A stretch of 21,910 bases of DNA, from assembly GCA_964621445.1 (NCBI GenBank), contig CAZUNO010000006.1, positions 1 through 21,910 on the forward strand, given 5' to 3'. A model generated the notes under the pieces. The model ran no database searches. It was not told where the DNA came from and worked only from the letters and a program-made list of their open reading frames with translations. A program made the position numbers and the translations under genes. The DNA comes from Candidatus Hadarchaeota archaeon. GTDB lineage: Archaea; CAYQAE01; CAYVLA01. Numbering within the stretch: position 1 is the stretch's first letter; every line of letters starts with the position of its first letter. Below are positions 9,717 through 17,257 of the stretch, piece by piece.

Positions 9717-10715
9717 TTATTGAATTTTTTTTACCTGATATGAGGTGGTGAACCTTCGCGGGATAAGATAGGCGACCGATGCCGGCACGAAGCTGACTGG
9801 CAGGTAGAATAGCGGCCAGCCTCGACCCAATAGAGCGATCATCGTTATGAGCGGGATGATAAGCCACAGGAACACGATGCATGAACGCATCCTCCTCTCG
9901 TCCATCCTAAAACCAGCAATGGACAGCGTTCCGATAAAGGTCCTGGATAGGGCCAGAAAACCCATTGCAAAGAGTATTAGCCCCGTTACCATCGAGACCT
10001 CCTGGGTCAGGACTCCATCCCCGATCAGATCGCTGATATCCCCGTAGGGGCGAAATCCGCCGATTATCAGGTAGCCCGTGGAGTTGAGGAATGTCCAGAA
10101 GGATACCCAGAAAATAGATGATGATAGCTTCCAGTCCCTGATCTCCTTGAGCAACAGTGTTATCTGGAGGAGGCCGAAAACGGCGAGGCAGGCCAGAATA
10201 CCTCCGGCATGAATCCAAACCATTTCCCCGGCCTCAAAGCTTCCACTCCAGTGAATGCTGGAGAATTCATACGGCCATAGTAGTGATACGTGAACCCCGG
10301 TAATGCTACCGCCGAATAGGATGACTGGCAGTCCGTGCCCCACCTCGTGAATGAGCTCTCCAAGGTATTTCCCCACAACTGAAATTGAGGTTAGGAGCAC
10401 CATGAATGGTAATGGACTGCTGGCATCTATATCCACCAGGAGAAAGGCAATGCTGATCAGGGACAGAATCAGGGCAAAGAATGCATAGTCAAGAATGAAA
10501 TTGGAGACCGAGATCCGGGTCTCGCCGGTGATCTTGTTGCTCTCCCGCCAGTACCAGGGGTGCCCGTGGTAATCGGCCTCAGCTACGGATGCGCCAGGAG
10601 TATTTGGAATAAGCCCCGTGAGCGAGGTAGCCATGAGAGCCAGGAATAGCGAGATAAGAAGCGCCTTTCGGATATCGACATCCTCTATTTTCGTCCCCAA
10701 CAGATGGTTTTTCAT
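9717..10715 (-). CDS. Polytopic membrane zinc metalloprotease, M50/site-2-protease-like, with an extra N-terminal membrane module
   Basis: ELIHEVGHG (HExxH) in a hydrophobic context, HAGG, PYGDI (third-ligand Asp candidate) and multiple TM helices. The real start is probably ATG 10715 or 10736, because the upstream part of the listed ORF overlaps kptA. Confidence 0.8.
   Translation of the reverse strand: MKNHLLGTKIEDVDIRKALLISLFLALMATSLTGLIPNTPGASVAEADYHGHPWYWRESNKITGETRISVSNFILDYAFFALILSLISIAFLLVDIDASSPLPFMVLLTSISVVGKYLGELIHEVGHGLPVILFGGSITGVHVSLLWPYEFSSIHWSGSFEAGEMVWIHAGGILACLAVFGLLQITLLLKEIRDWKLSSSIFWVSFWTFLNSTGYLIIGGFRPYGDISDLIGDGVLTQEVSMVTGLILFAMGFLALSRTFIGTLSIAGFRMDERRMRSCIVFLWLIIPLITMIALLGRGWPLFYLPVSFVPASVAYLIPRRFTTSYQVKKIQ
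9725..9732 (+). terminator. Oligo-T (T8) archaeal-type terminator candidate after the ABC-ATPase gene
   Basis: A T8 tract starts 15 nt after the stop codon at 9710. Confidence 0.4.
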
Positions 10716-10722
10716 TTCCTCA

Positions 10723-11268
10723 TTATCCTTTGTCATCCCAGATTGATAGGAGAGAGGGGGGGATAGCGTCGGCCACGAACACCTCCTTACTTGCCCTGTG
10801 GATCTCCACGCCCATCTCCCTGGCTCGCCCAGCATCGATCTCCAGCACCACCGGAGAATTCGTCCTGCGCTTCCCAACCTTGATCGCCTCCTCCGGGGTT
10901 TTGGAGAGGTGGACCTTTTGCCGACCTTTGGGCTTCAGTCCCTCCTCCATGATTGGACCAAGGGCATGTGGGGTGGTTCCGTGGTAGAGCTTCTGCAGAT
11001 AAGATTTGGGCAGATTGGGGCGAACATCCAGTGAGTGGCCATATATCGCCCGTATTTTTCCTCCCCGAATCTCATATCTCCCCTTTTCATCCCCATCCAC
11101 GATCTCCTGAAGATCATGTTTATCAAGTTGCGGCCAGCGTTCCCGCAGCTTTTCCAGCAATTCCTCCATTTCTACGAAACCCCGTTCATCCATTTCCATA
11201 CCTGAGGGGTGATGCCGGAGGTAGTAGGCGATCTGTTTGCTTACCTTGACCCTATTCAATCCAATCAT
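10723..11268 (-). CDS. kptA: RNA 2'-phosphotransferase (KptA/Tpt1, NAD-dependent)
   Basis: SKQIAYYLRH, DEKGRY, KIRAIYGHS, LYHGT, GLKPKGRQKVHLS and VGKRR cover the Tpt1 Arg-His-Arg-Arg catalytic set. 181 aa. Confidence 0.95.
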   Translation of the reverse strand: MIGLNRVKVSKQIAYYLRHHPSGMEMDERGFVEMEELLEKLRERWPQLDKHDLQEIVDGDEKGRYEIRGGKIRAIYGHSLDVRPNLPKSYLQKLYHGTTPHALGPIMEEGLKPKGRQKVHLSKTPEEAIKVGKRRTNSPVVLEIDAGRAREMGVEIHRASKEVFVADAIPPSLLSIWDDKG

Positions 11269-11287
11269 CCATTAATAATTAGTGGAT

Positions 11288-11307
11288 CCGAGGGGTTTAA
11301 TCCTCGG
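11288..11307. promoter_or_regulatory. Inverted repeat CCGAGG-N8-CCTCGG enclosing a TATA-like ATTAAACC (minus strand) upstream of kptA
   Basis: Perfect 6-bp arms. The spacer lies about 26-33 nt upstream of the kptA ATG in a divergent intergenic region. Confidence 0.4.
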
Positions 11308-11397
11308 TAGTTTTTTCTCTAAACACGCTTAAAATGGAATGGGATTCACATTGGACTTTTATTTCCAGGTAATTTTCGGTAACCGGAGGAATTACGA

Positions 11398-11991
11398 ATG
11401 AAAAGAGTCTCTGAGAGGCTTTCTGGTCTTTGTGGAATACTCGTACCGTTAGTAGCCCTGATATTCATCGGCTATTGCATCGCAATCCACCCCTGGTTCA
11501 GTTTCCCCGACAACGCGCTCAGCGACCTGGGTGCGGTAGGTACCTCCTATAACTTCGTGTACAACCTGGGCATGATCTCGACCGGTGCAATCGGCTTGAT
11601 CTTCATCGCTGGAATCGGAGGGCTGGTAGACCGAGTGGGGATGATTGGAGCCGCTATTTTTGCCCTGGGACTGGTGAGCCTCATACTAGTTGGGGTTTTT
11701 CCCGGGGGTACCGGTCCTCACGTATCGGTTTCCATTTCATTCTTCGCATTATGTGCTTTGGGTACGTTTGTGATAGGGATAGATCAGATTGGTGATAGGT
11801 CGAATCGTGCCTGGGGAATATTCCTATTAGGAATAGTGGCGCTGGGCCTGGTTTCGGTCATGTTGTGTGGCACTATTCCCCACCTGGGGGCTGCAATTCC
11901 GGAAGCCATTGGTGCATTTGCTTTTTCGGAATTTTCGATAGCCTTCGGAGCGAGGCTGCTTGGCATGGACCGAAAGAGGTCCGCTCTCTGA
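11398..11991 (+). CDS. DUF998-family membrane protein
   Basis: PWFSFPDNALSDLGA, YNLGMI, LVGVFP...H and GAAIPE motifs; about 5-6 TM helices; GGAGG Shine-Dalgarno upstream. Confidence 0.85.
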   Translation: MKRVSERLSGLCGILVPLVALIFIGYCIAIHPWFSFPDNALSDLGAVGTSYNFVYNLGMISTGAIGLIFIAGIGGLVDRVGMIGAAIFALGLVSLILVGVFPGGTGPHVSVSISFFALCALGTFVIGIDQIGDRSNRAWGIFLLGIVALGLVSVMLCGTIPHLGAAIPEAIGAFAFSEFSIAFGARLLGMDRKRSAL

Positions 11992-12012
11992 TGTTAATTT
12001 TACCGCTTTCTT

Positions 12013-12290
12013 CTATTCACACCGCGTCGTGGCGAGCCAAAATATATGGCATGATGCAAAGCCGGTAATGCATGAGATCAGGATGGCGCATACCAAAGGG
12101 GATAAGAACGCGAAAACCCAATCCTTCTTTGCAATGAGCAAAATGTAATCAAGGGAAGTAAGAAGCAGGGATGACCCAATCAGCGGGAGAGGCAAAGCTA
12201 ACAATAAGTATAGACCCAGGTCTTCATTCGGGTAAGGCCCTGGTCCCGGCAGAGGTAGCTGATATCGGGGGTAGAAATAGTTCGATGAAT
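12013..12290 (-). pseudogene. Probable 3' remnant of a membrane protein gene
   Basis: The frame of ORF 12013-12204 extends upstream as YSSNYFYPRYQLPLPGPGPYPNEDLGLYLLLALPLP... with two hydrophobic segments, but no ATG/GTG/TTG start occurs upstream of 12204 before a TGA near 12352. Confidence 0.3.
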
Positions 12291-12866
12291 AGCCATCTCT
12301 ATCTACTTCCCTCCCACGAGGTGGTGTATGACGAGGGATAGGAGCGGACGATCATACCCGTGTCAGCCATAATCTACCCCAAGTCGACCCAGAACGTCTT
12401 CAAAGGTAATTTCTCCCTCTATATACTCCCGGATGCAGGTGGATACCTGGATTTAGAACTACCTGGAGGCAACTCCTTTGGTACCTTCGGTTATAGATCG
12501 ATGGAGATGGAAGTCAGCCCCGGGTATTCAGAGAGATTCTGTCCCAGAATTGATATAGAACTTGAAGGACGCGATAAATTCGTAAACGTCGACCTCACGG
12601 GGTTGGAGTATACCTTCCGAGAAGACAGCTGGACCCATGTCACAGTGCTCCTAGGAAAGGCAAATGCCGCTAACCGCCACCTGGACTGCATCCGCTTGAC
12701 GGGGACCATCGATGGACCCTACTACATAGATGACCTAAAATTGGTGCCATTCAATGCAATCACCATATTTGCCATGATGTTGCTAATTCCGGCTCTCAGT
12801 AAAAAAAGGCGAAGATTATCGGGTAAGATCCGTTCATTACAGAAATCAAGCGCAATGAATATATAG
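12285..12866 (+). pseudogene. Carbohydrate-binding-module-like beta-sandwich domain with C-terminal anchor, interrupted by an in-frame TAG at 12339-12341
   Basis: ATG 12285 reads MNSHLYLLPSHEVVYDEG*ERTIIPVSAIIYPKSTQNVFKGNFSL...WTHVTVLL...YYIDDLKLV, then PFNAITIFAMMLLIPAL-SKKRRR. The F/YxGxxSL, WxxVxIxL and YIDDxxL motifs are typical of galactose-binding-domain-like folds. No signal peptide. Confidence 0.55.
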
Positions 12867-12914
12867 TAAATAAAAGTTTCAGAGGAATATTTATAGTAAC
12901 AATGTAGAATAATA

Positions 12915-12930
12915 ATTTTTTATAAAAAAT
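12915..12930. terminator. Perfect 16-bp palindrome ATTTTTTATAAAAAAT between convergent genes; candidate bidirectional oligo-T terminator
   Basis: It presents T6 on both strands and lies in a very AT-rich spacer (12867-13000). Confidence 0.45.
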
Positions 12931-13028
12931 AAATCTATTTGTCGGTCAAACTTTAGAAATGAAGGAAATGAAAAAAGCAGAAAATGGGAAATTATCGTTT
13001 CCTTGGGCTCAGTGAGGAAGTTAGTTTC

Positions 13029-13505
13029 CTATTCCGACTCTTCCGGAGCATCCTCAAGTGGGGGGCCACGTCGCAACCATCCATTCGGTCTGCGTCGAAT
13101 GCCTCTGCGGAATCCACCGCATCCCTCGTCAATTTTCGACTCCCGGTATTCCTCGAGCTTGTCTCCGATTATGGCGTCAAGATCCTGGTGTTTGTTCTTG
13201 AGCTCTTCTCTGAGGTCGCTGATTTCTTGGAGTATTGGTGTGACCTGTTCGATCTCCTCGTCGGTTAGTTCGAGTTCCTCTGCCATTTTGTCCACCATTA
13301 TCTCTAGGGATGCCTCCTGGACATCCTCCTCGGACAGACCGAGCTTCTCGGCAAGTGCTTCCAGGAATCCACCGTCTCCGTTACAAACTCTCCAAGATTC
13401 ACCATTTCCACTGGTGGCAAGTACCGATAATGGCAGAATGGTCACCAATGCTATCAGCGTGGCAATACCAATCTTTCTCGATAGCTTCAGGTTTTTCACC
13501 TCCAA
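13029..13505 (-). CDS. Small secreted or membrane-anchored acidic helical protein (Spy/CpxP-like character)
   Basis: Signal/anchor RKIGIATLIALVTILPLSVLA. Duplicated motif LAEKLGLSEEDVQEA / MAEELELTDEEIEQV, then a Gly/Arg-rich tail GCGGFRRGIRRRPNGWLRRGPP. Confidence 0.7.
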   Translation of the reverse strand: MEVKNLKLSRKIGIATLIALVTILPLSVLATSGNGESWRVCNGDGGFLEALAEKLGLSEEDVQEASLEIMVDKMAEELELTDEEIEQVTPILQEISDLREELKNKHQDLDAIIGDKLEEYRESKIDEGCGGFRRGIRRRPNGWLRRGPPLEDAPEESE

Positions 13506-13548
13506 GCATATGTAGGGTGGAACGATTCATCTGTGTTGGCAGAAACCC

Positions 13549-13569
13549 AGTGGAACCAAGCGTTCCACT
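13549..13569. promoter_or_regulatory. Perfect 8-bp inverted repeat AGTGGAAC-N5-GTTCCACT in a divergent promoter region
   Basis: Read directly from the sequence. A third copy of the half-site, GTGGAAC, is at 13517-13523. Confidence 0.55.
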
Positions 13570-13675
13570 TGATTCTAAATCGTTACTCGGAATGTATCCA
13601 GTAAGTATCTATGCGGATTAGAGGCCCCTCTAACCCTCACGTGCTTTGGAGAATCGTGAAATCGTTGACCCAGAA

Positions 13676-13683
13676 TTATTATA
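13676..13683 (+). promoter_or_regulatory. Putative TATA box (TTATTATA) for the chagasin-like gene
   Basis: 27-34 nt upstream of ATG 13710, with no Shine-Dalgarno. Confidence 0.5.
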
Positions 13684-13709
13684 CCCCTAATTGGAATCAT
13701 GTTACTTGA

Positions 13710-14105
13710 ATGATGCCTAAAAGGACAATTGCCGTGTTGGTTCTATTGGGTGCTCTATTCTCCACATCATATCTCATCTTCTTTGGGGATGGCGGGCGAG
13801 AGACCGTTCATTTGGATATGGAGGATAATGGTACCGTAATGGAGGTTGAAGGGAAAACAAGGGTAGTCATAGAACTAAAGGAGAACCCATCCACAGGATA
13901 TCAATGGCGGCTACAATCCGATCAGGATTTCGCAAAATTAGAGGCCAACGATTACATCCCTCCCGAGAACCAGGTCCCGGGAAAACCGGGCCTCAGGTCT
14001 ATGGAATTCAGGATAATGGAATCAGGAAATCTGACTCTGTGCTATGGGAGATCCTGGGAAAATCGCACGAAAGAGAAGTTTTGGGTACATTTTCGCGCCG
14101 ATTAA
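13710..14105 (+). CDS. Protease inhibitor I42 (chagasin) family protein with N-terminal membrane anchor
   Basis: All three chagasin loops are present: LKENPSTGYQW, PGKPG and YGRSWE. The N-terminus is hydrophobic. Confidence 0.9.
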   Translation: MMPKRTIAVLVLLGALFSTSYLIFFGDGGRETVHLDMEDNGTVMEVEGKTRVVIELKENPSTGYQWRLQSDQDFAKLEANDYIPPENQVPGKPGLRSMEFRIMESGNLTLCYGRSWENRTKEKFWVHFRAD

Positions 14106-14143
14106 TAATGCATCCATTTTTGGCCCATTTAGAATGTTGACCA

Positions 14144-14695
14144 TCATAACTCGATTTCACTCATGGTGGTGTATACCGGCCCATCTGGTTTCAACTCGCT
14201 CCTCTTTAGCTGGATGCTGTTGACACGGAGATCCCCGAATTCCTTTTCTCCGTATTCCTGTACGAGGTCCTTGATTTCATCCTTTCCCTGCGCGCTTCTC
14301 ATCCGTGCAATGGTGGCGTGGGGCGTGAAGTCATGTCTTTCCTTTCTGAATCCCTGTTTAACCAGTTCCTTTTCCAGGGAAGTGGCTATTCCCTTGGTTT
14401 GGCCCTCATCGTCAATCCCAACCCAGATGACCTTGATATAACCAGGATTGGGGAAGACTCCGGTTCCCTTGATGGTGGCCTGGTAGGGCTCGATGTCCTT
14501 AACCGCATTCCGCATTGCCTCCTCGATGGTGGGTATCCTTTCCTCGTCAGTGTTGCCCAGAAACTTCAAGGTGACATGTATATTCTCCGGGTGAACGATC
14601 TTCAGGTCGGCATCCGTTTTTTCCAGTTCGGACTCCAGCTCCACCAAAGGCGAACGGGTACCAATATCGATAGCATTGAACAGGCGTAGCACCAT
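14144..14695 (-). CDS. thpR: RNA 2',3'-cyclic phosphodiesterase (2H family, formerly 2'-5' RNA ligase LigT)
   Basis: RLFNAID, two HxT motifs (NIHVTLKFLG, FTPHATIAR), GVFPN...VIWVG and SELKPDGPVY. ATG 14695 is preceded by GGTGA. Confidence 0.95.
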   Translation of the reverse strand: MVLRLFNAIDIGTRSPLVELESELEKTDADLKIVHPENIHVTLKFLGNTDEERIPTIEEAMRNAVKDIEPYQATIKGTGVFPNPGYIKVIWVGIDDEGQTKGIATSLEKELVKQGFRKERHDFTPHATIARMRSAQGKDEIKDLVQEYGEKEFGDLRVNSIQLKRSELKPDGPVYTTMSEIEL

Positions 14696-14916
14696 GATAT
14701 CACCGGGAAAACTATGTTCGTATTGCATTTATGTTCTAGGTTCGCACCCTCAGTACTTCCCGACCACAAGAACGAACGACATTTGCTAAACACAGTAGAA
14801 AAAAAGTGAGTAAAGGCGATTAGTTTGATACATAACGGCCAAGTGATGGCCAACTGGAACAAAAATATCGCCACATGGAAGCATTTTCAAATACGGCCGG
14901 GTAAATCATTACTGTA

Positions 14917-16128
14917 TTGATAAGAGCAATTCTCATCATATTGGTTGTCCTCTCGCTACCCCTTTGTGCAGCAAATAGGATCAACATTCTATTACTTGGA
15001 GGAGTGGGCTCCGTGGGCGTCCTGACCCAGCAGTTCAGCGCTAATCCCATGGTTGACTCGGTCGGCGTCCCTTGCCGAGGAAGGGAGCTCCTGAGCAAGG
15101 GAGGAGATCCTTCTGATCTGGAGAGGTACATTCGGATCTATTTCCCGCGAAGATACGAGGAAATGAAGAGCTACGACGTCATAATACTCAACGGGGCCGA
15201 GTACCAGCTATTCACCCCCAAGCAGGACAAATGGATGTATGACGCAATCAGGGAGGGGGCAGGGGGAATAAATGATCTAAGCGTCCTGAGCGCGGACCCC
15301 GAGATCAACCATGCATGGGCCTATTCACAGACATCAGATACCTTCCCCAACGATGCTGAGTGGGTGGCGGAGCATGATGGGGGCAGACAAGCCTCCATGT
15401 ATGCCACCCTGGAAGTTAACCGGGACTATCCGGAGCCAGTATTGACACCATTCATACCTTACGGGTTTGAGGATATAGTATACTACACCGCCGGACGCAC
15501 GGTCAGGCCGAAAGAGGGAGCGGATACCCTTGCCTGGCAGCTTGGAAACCATCCCGAGGGGAGAGTAGCCTGGAGCGCTGGCTGGGATTATGAGGAAGGG
15601 AGAACCGTTACTGTGGGCTCAGGCATAAGCAAGACCGATTTCTTTGACCCCAAACCGGGAACGGCAGGCGGGATTGTGCTAATGAACATGATTCTGCATG
15701 TGGCCCAGCGAGATTTGATACAGGATGTTGAGCTCTACCAGAGTCTTAATTCAAACTTCGAGAGCTTCAAGACAAAACTGGCACTGGTGCTTTCCCTCAG
15801 GGATTTCGTGGACAGGTTCGGGGCAAACACCGAGGATGTGCAGAAGGAGATCCTGAGACTTGAAGAGATGTTCGAACAGGCGGCGGATTACTACCGAGAC
15901 CAGGAATTCCAGGCTAGCCAGGCCACTATCAGCCAGGCCCTGGATGAATTCTCACAGGTGGAGGACATGGCTAGAGATGTAAAGGACCGGGCTCTTTTCT
16001 GGGTATTTGTAATAGAGTGGCTAGCAACCTTTTCGGCGTTCTTCATATCAAGTTTTGTTCTCTGGACATTAATGGTGAGAAGAAAGCTTTACCGTGAGGT
16101 TAAAGAGACCAAGTTCAGCAAGAATTAG
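14917..16128 (+). CDS. Uncharacterised type-I membrane protein with GATase1-like domain, paralog 2 of 3
   Basis: Signal peptide MIRAILIILVVLSLPLCAA; SDLERYIRIYFPRRYEEMKSYDVIILNG; SDTFPND; WDYEEGRTV; C-terminus ALFWVFVIEWL...LWTLMVRRKLYREV. Confidence 0.88.
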   Translation: MIRAILIILVVLSLPLCAANRINILLLGGVGSVGVLTQQFSANPMVDSVGVPCRGRELLSKGGDPSDLERYIRIYFPRRYEEMKSYDVIILNGAEYQLFTPKQDKWMYDAIREGAGGINDLSVLSADPEINHAWAYSQTSDTFPNDAEWVAEHDGGRQASMYATLEVNRDYPEPVLTPFIPYGFEDIVYYTAGRTVRPKEGADTLAWQLGNHPEGRVAWSAGWDYEEGRTVTVGSGISKTDFFDPKPGTAGGIVLMNMILHVAQRDLIQDVELYQSLNSNFESFKTKLALVLSLRDFVDRFGANTEDVQKEILRLEEMFEQAADYYRDQEFQASQATISQALDEFSQVEDMARDVKDRALFWVFVIEWLATFSAFFISSFVLWTLMVRRKLYREVKETKFSKN

Positions 16129-16229
16129 GAAAAGCATGATTCCCTAGCGCATTCTTTTCCAGGGGTCTCCGCGATGTATTTACCAGAGTAATCTCAAGTA
16201 TAAGCTTTATTCATTAGATCCCTGGATAG

Positions 16230-17243
16230 ATGAAGCGGGGTCACCATATTTTGAATATCCAGAGGCTTGGCAAAACTGACATGAATGTGTCCCGACTTTC
16301 CTTCGGCGGCCTTTTCGTTTCCAGGATAGGAGGCGGATATGAGCAGGCAAGAAAGGCTTTGAGGAGAGGAATGGAGCTGGGGGTCAACTACATCGATACC
16401 GCTCCAAGCTACGCTAACAGCGAGAAGGTGATCGGCCGGGCCCTTGGAAACGACGGGTGGGACTACTACGTATCCACAAAGCTGGGAGGACGGCCGGAGA
16501 ATTTCAATCCACGCGATGTGGACCACCTGAGACGGAGCCTGGAAAGAAGCATGGAGCTTCTCGGCCAGAATCACATCGACATACTCATGATCCATGAACC
16601 CGACAGACCCGGCCAGTACGACTGGTTTGATGATTGGGAACAAGTAGGAGGTCCCGTTTGCAACTTTCTATCTGAGTGCAAGGAAGAGGGAATCATCGAT
16701 TACACAGGCGTGGGGGGAACAACAGTTTACGAGATGAAACACATCATAGAAAACGGCGATTTCGACGTGCTCCTGACAGCGTTTAACTCAAGCCTTCTCT
16801 GGAGGGAGTCTCTGGAGGTAACCGTCCCGGCGGCAAAGAAATTGGGAATGGGGGTTATCTCTGGTTCCCCACTGCAACAGGGCTGGTTATCCCGCAAATA
16901 TGAAAAACGGGTTAGGGACCACCCGCCTCCATGGCTTTCGCCTTCCAGGAGAGATCAGCTCCTGAGACTATATTCCTTCGTTGAGGAGCTGGATATGCCC
17001 ATTGCTGAACTGGCCCTGCGATTTGTTATTTCAAACAGTCAGGTTGATACGATTCTCATGGGGGCTAGGTCGGAGAAAGAGGTGGAGGAGAACGTGAAAT
17101 CTGTGGAGAGGGGACCCCTTCCCCGGGGTGTTTTGAATGAGCTGGAGGAAATATACGAAATGGTGCCCTACCGGCCCTGTGAAGAGCCAATGTCGAATGC
17201 CCTGACCAATACCCATTACATGGGTCCGGGAAGGCTGCGTTGA
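16230..17243 (+). CDS. Aldo/keto reductase
   Basis: RLGKTDMNVSRLSFGG, GVNYIDTAPSY (catalytic D and Y), YVSTK (K), IDILMIH (H), SPLQQG, LALRF. TTG 16251 is an alternative start. Confidence 0.93.
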   Translation: MKRGHHILNIQRLGKTDMNVSRLSFGGLFVSRIGGGYEQARKALRRGMELGVNYIDTAPSYANSEKVIGRALGNDGWDYYVSTKLGGRPENFNPRDVDHLRRSLERSMELLGQNHIDILMIHEPDRPGQYDWFDDWEQVGGPVCNFLSECKEEGIIDYTGVGGTTVYEMKHIIENGDFDVLLTAFNSSLLWRESLEVTVPAAKKLGMGVISGSPLQQGWLSRKYEKRVRDHPPPWLSPSRRDQLLRLYSFVEELDMPIAELALRFVISNSQVDTILMGARSEKEVEENVKSVERGPLPRGVLNELEEIYEMVPYRPCEEPMSNALTNTHYMGPGRLR

Positions 17244-17257
17244 TGGGGTGAGCACGG

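Noticed and set aside
10737-10877. N-terminal extension of the 386-aa M50-like ORF
   Set aside because: It lies inside kptA in another frame and is not protein-like.
12867-13000. AT-rich spacer as a dif site or mobile-element end
   Set aside because: I could not identify an 11-6-11 dif-type dyad, a recombinase gene or a target-site duplication. A convergent terminator region explains it.
13003-13515. 170-aa Ser-rich plus-strand ORF
   Set aside because: It is the antisense shadow of the Glu-rich minus-strand gene 13029-13505.
13546-13576. CCCAGTGGAACCAAG as an archaeal origin recognition box (ORB)
   Set aside because: It only partly matches the TCCAGTGGAAAC core. There is no G-string, no adjacent cdc6/orc1 gene and no AT-rich unwinding element between the copies.
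14738-14750. AGG-TTCGCAC-CCT resembling a tRNA T-arm
   Set aside because: The stem is only 3 bp, and no acceptor, D or anticodon arms can be built around it.
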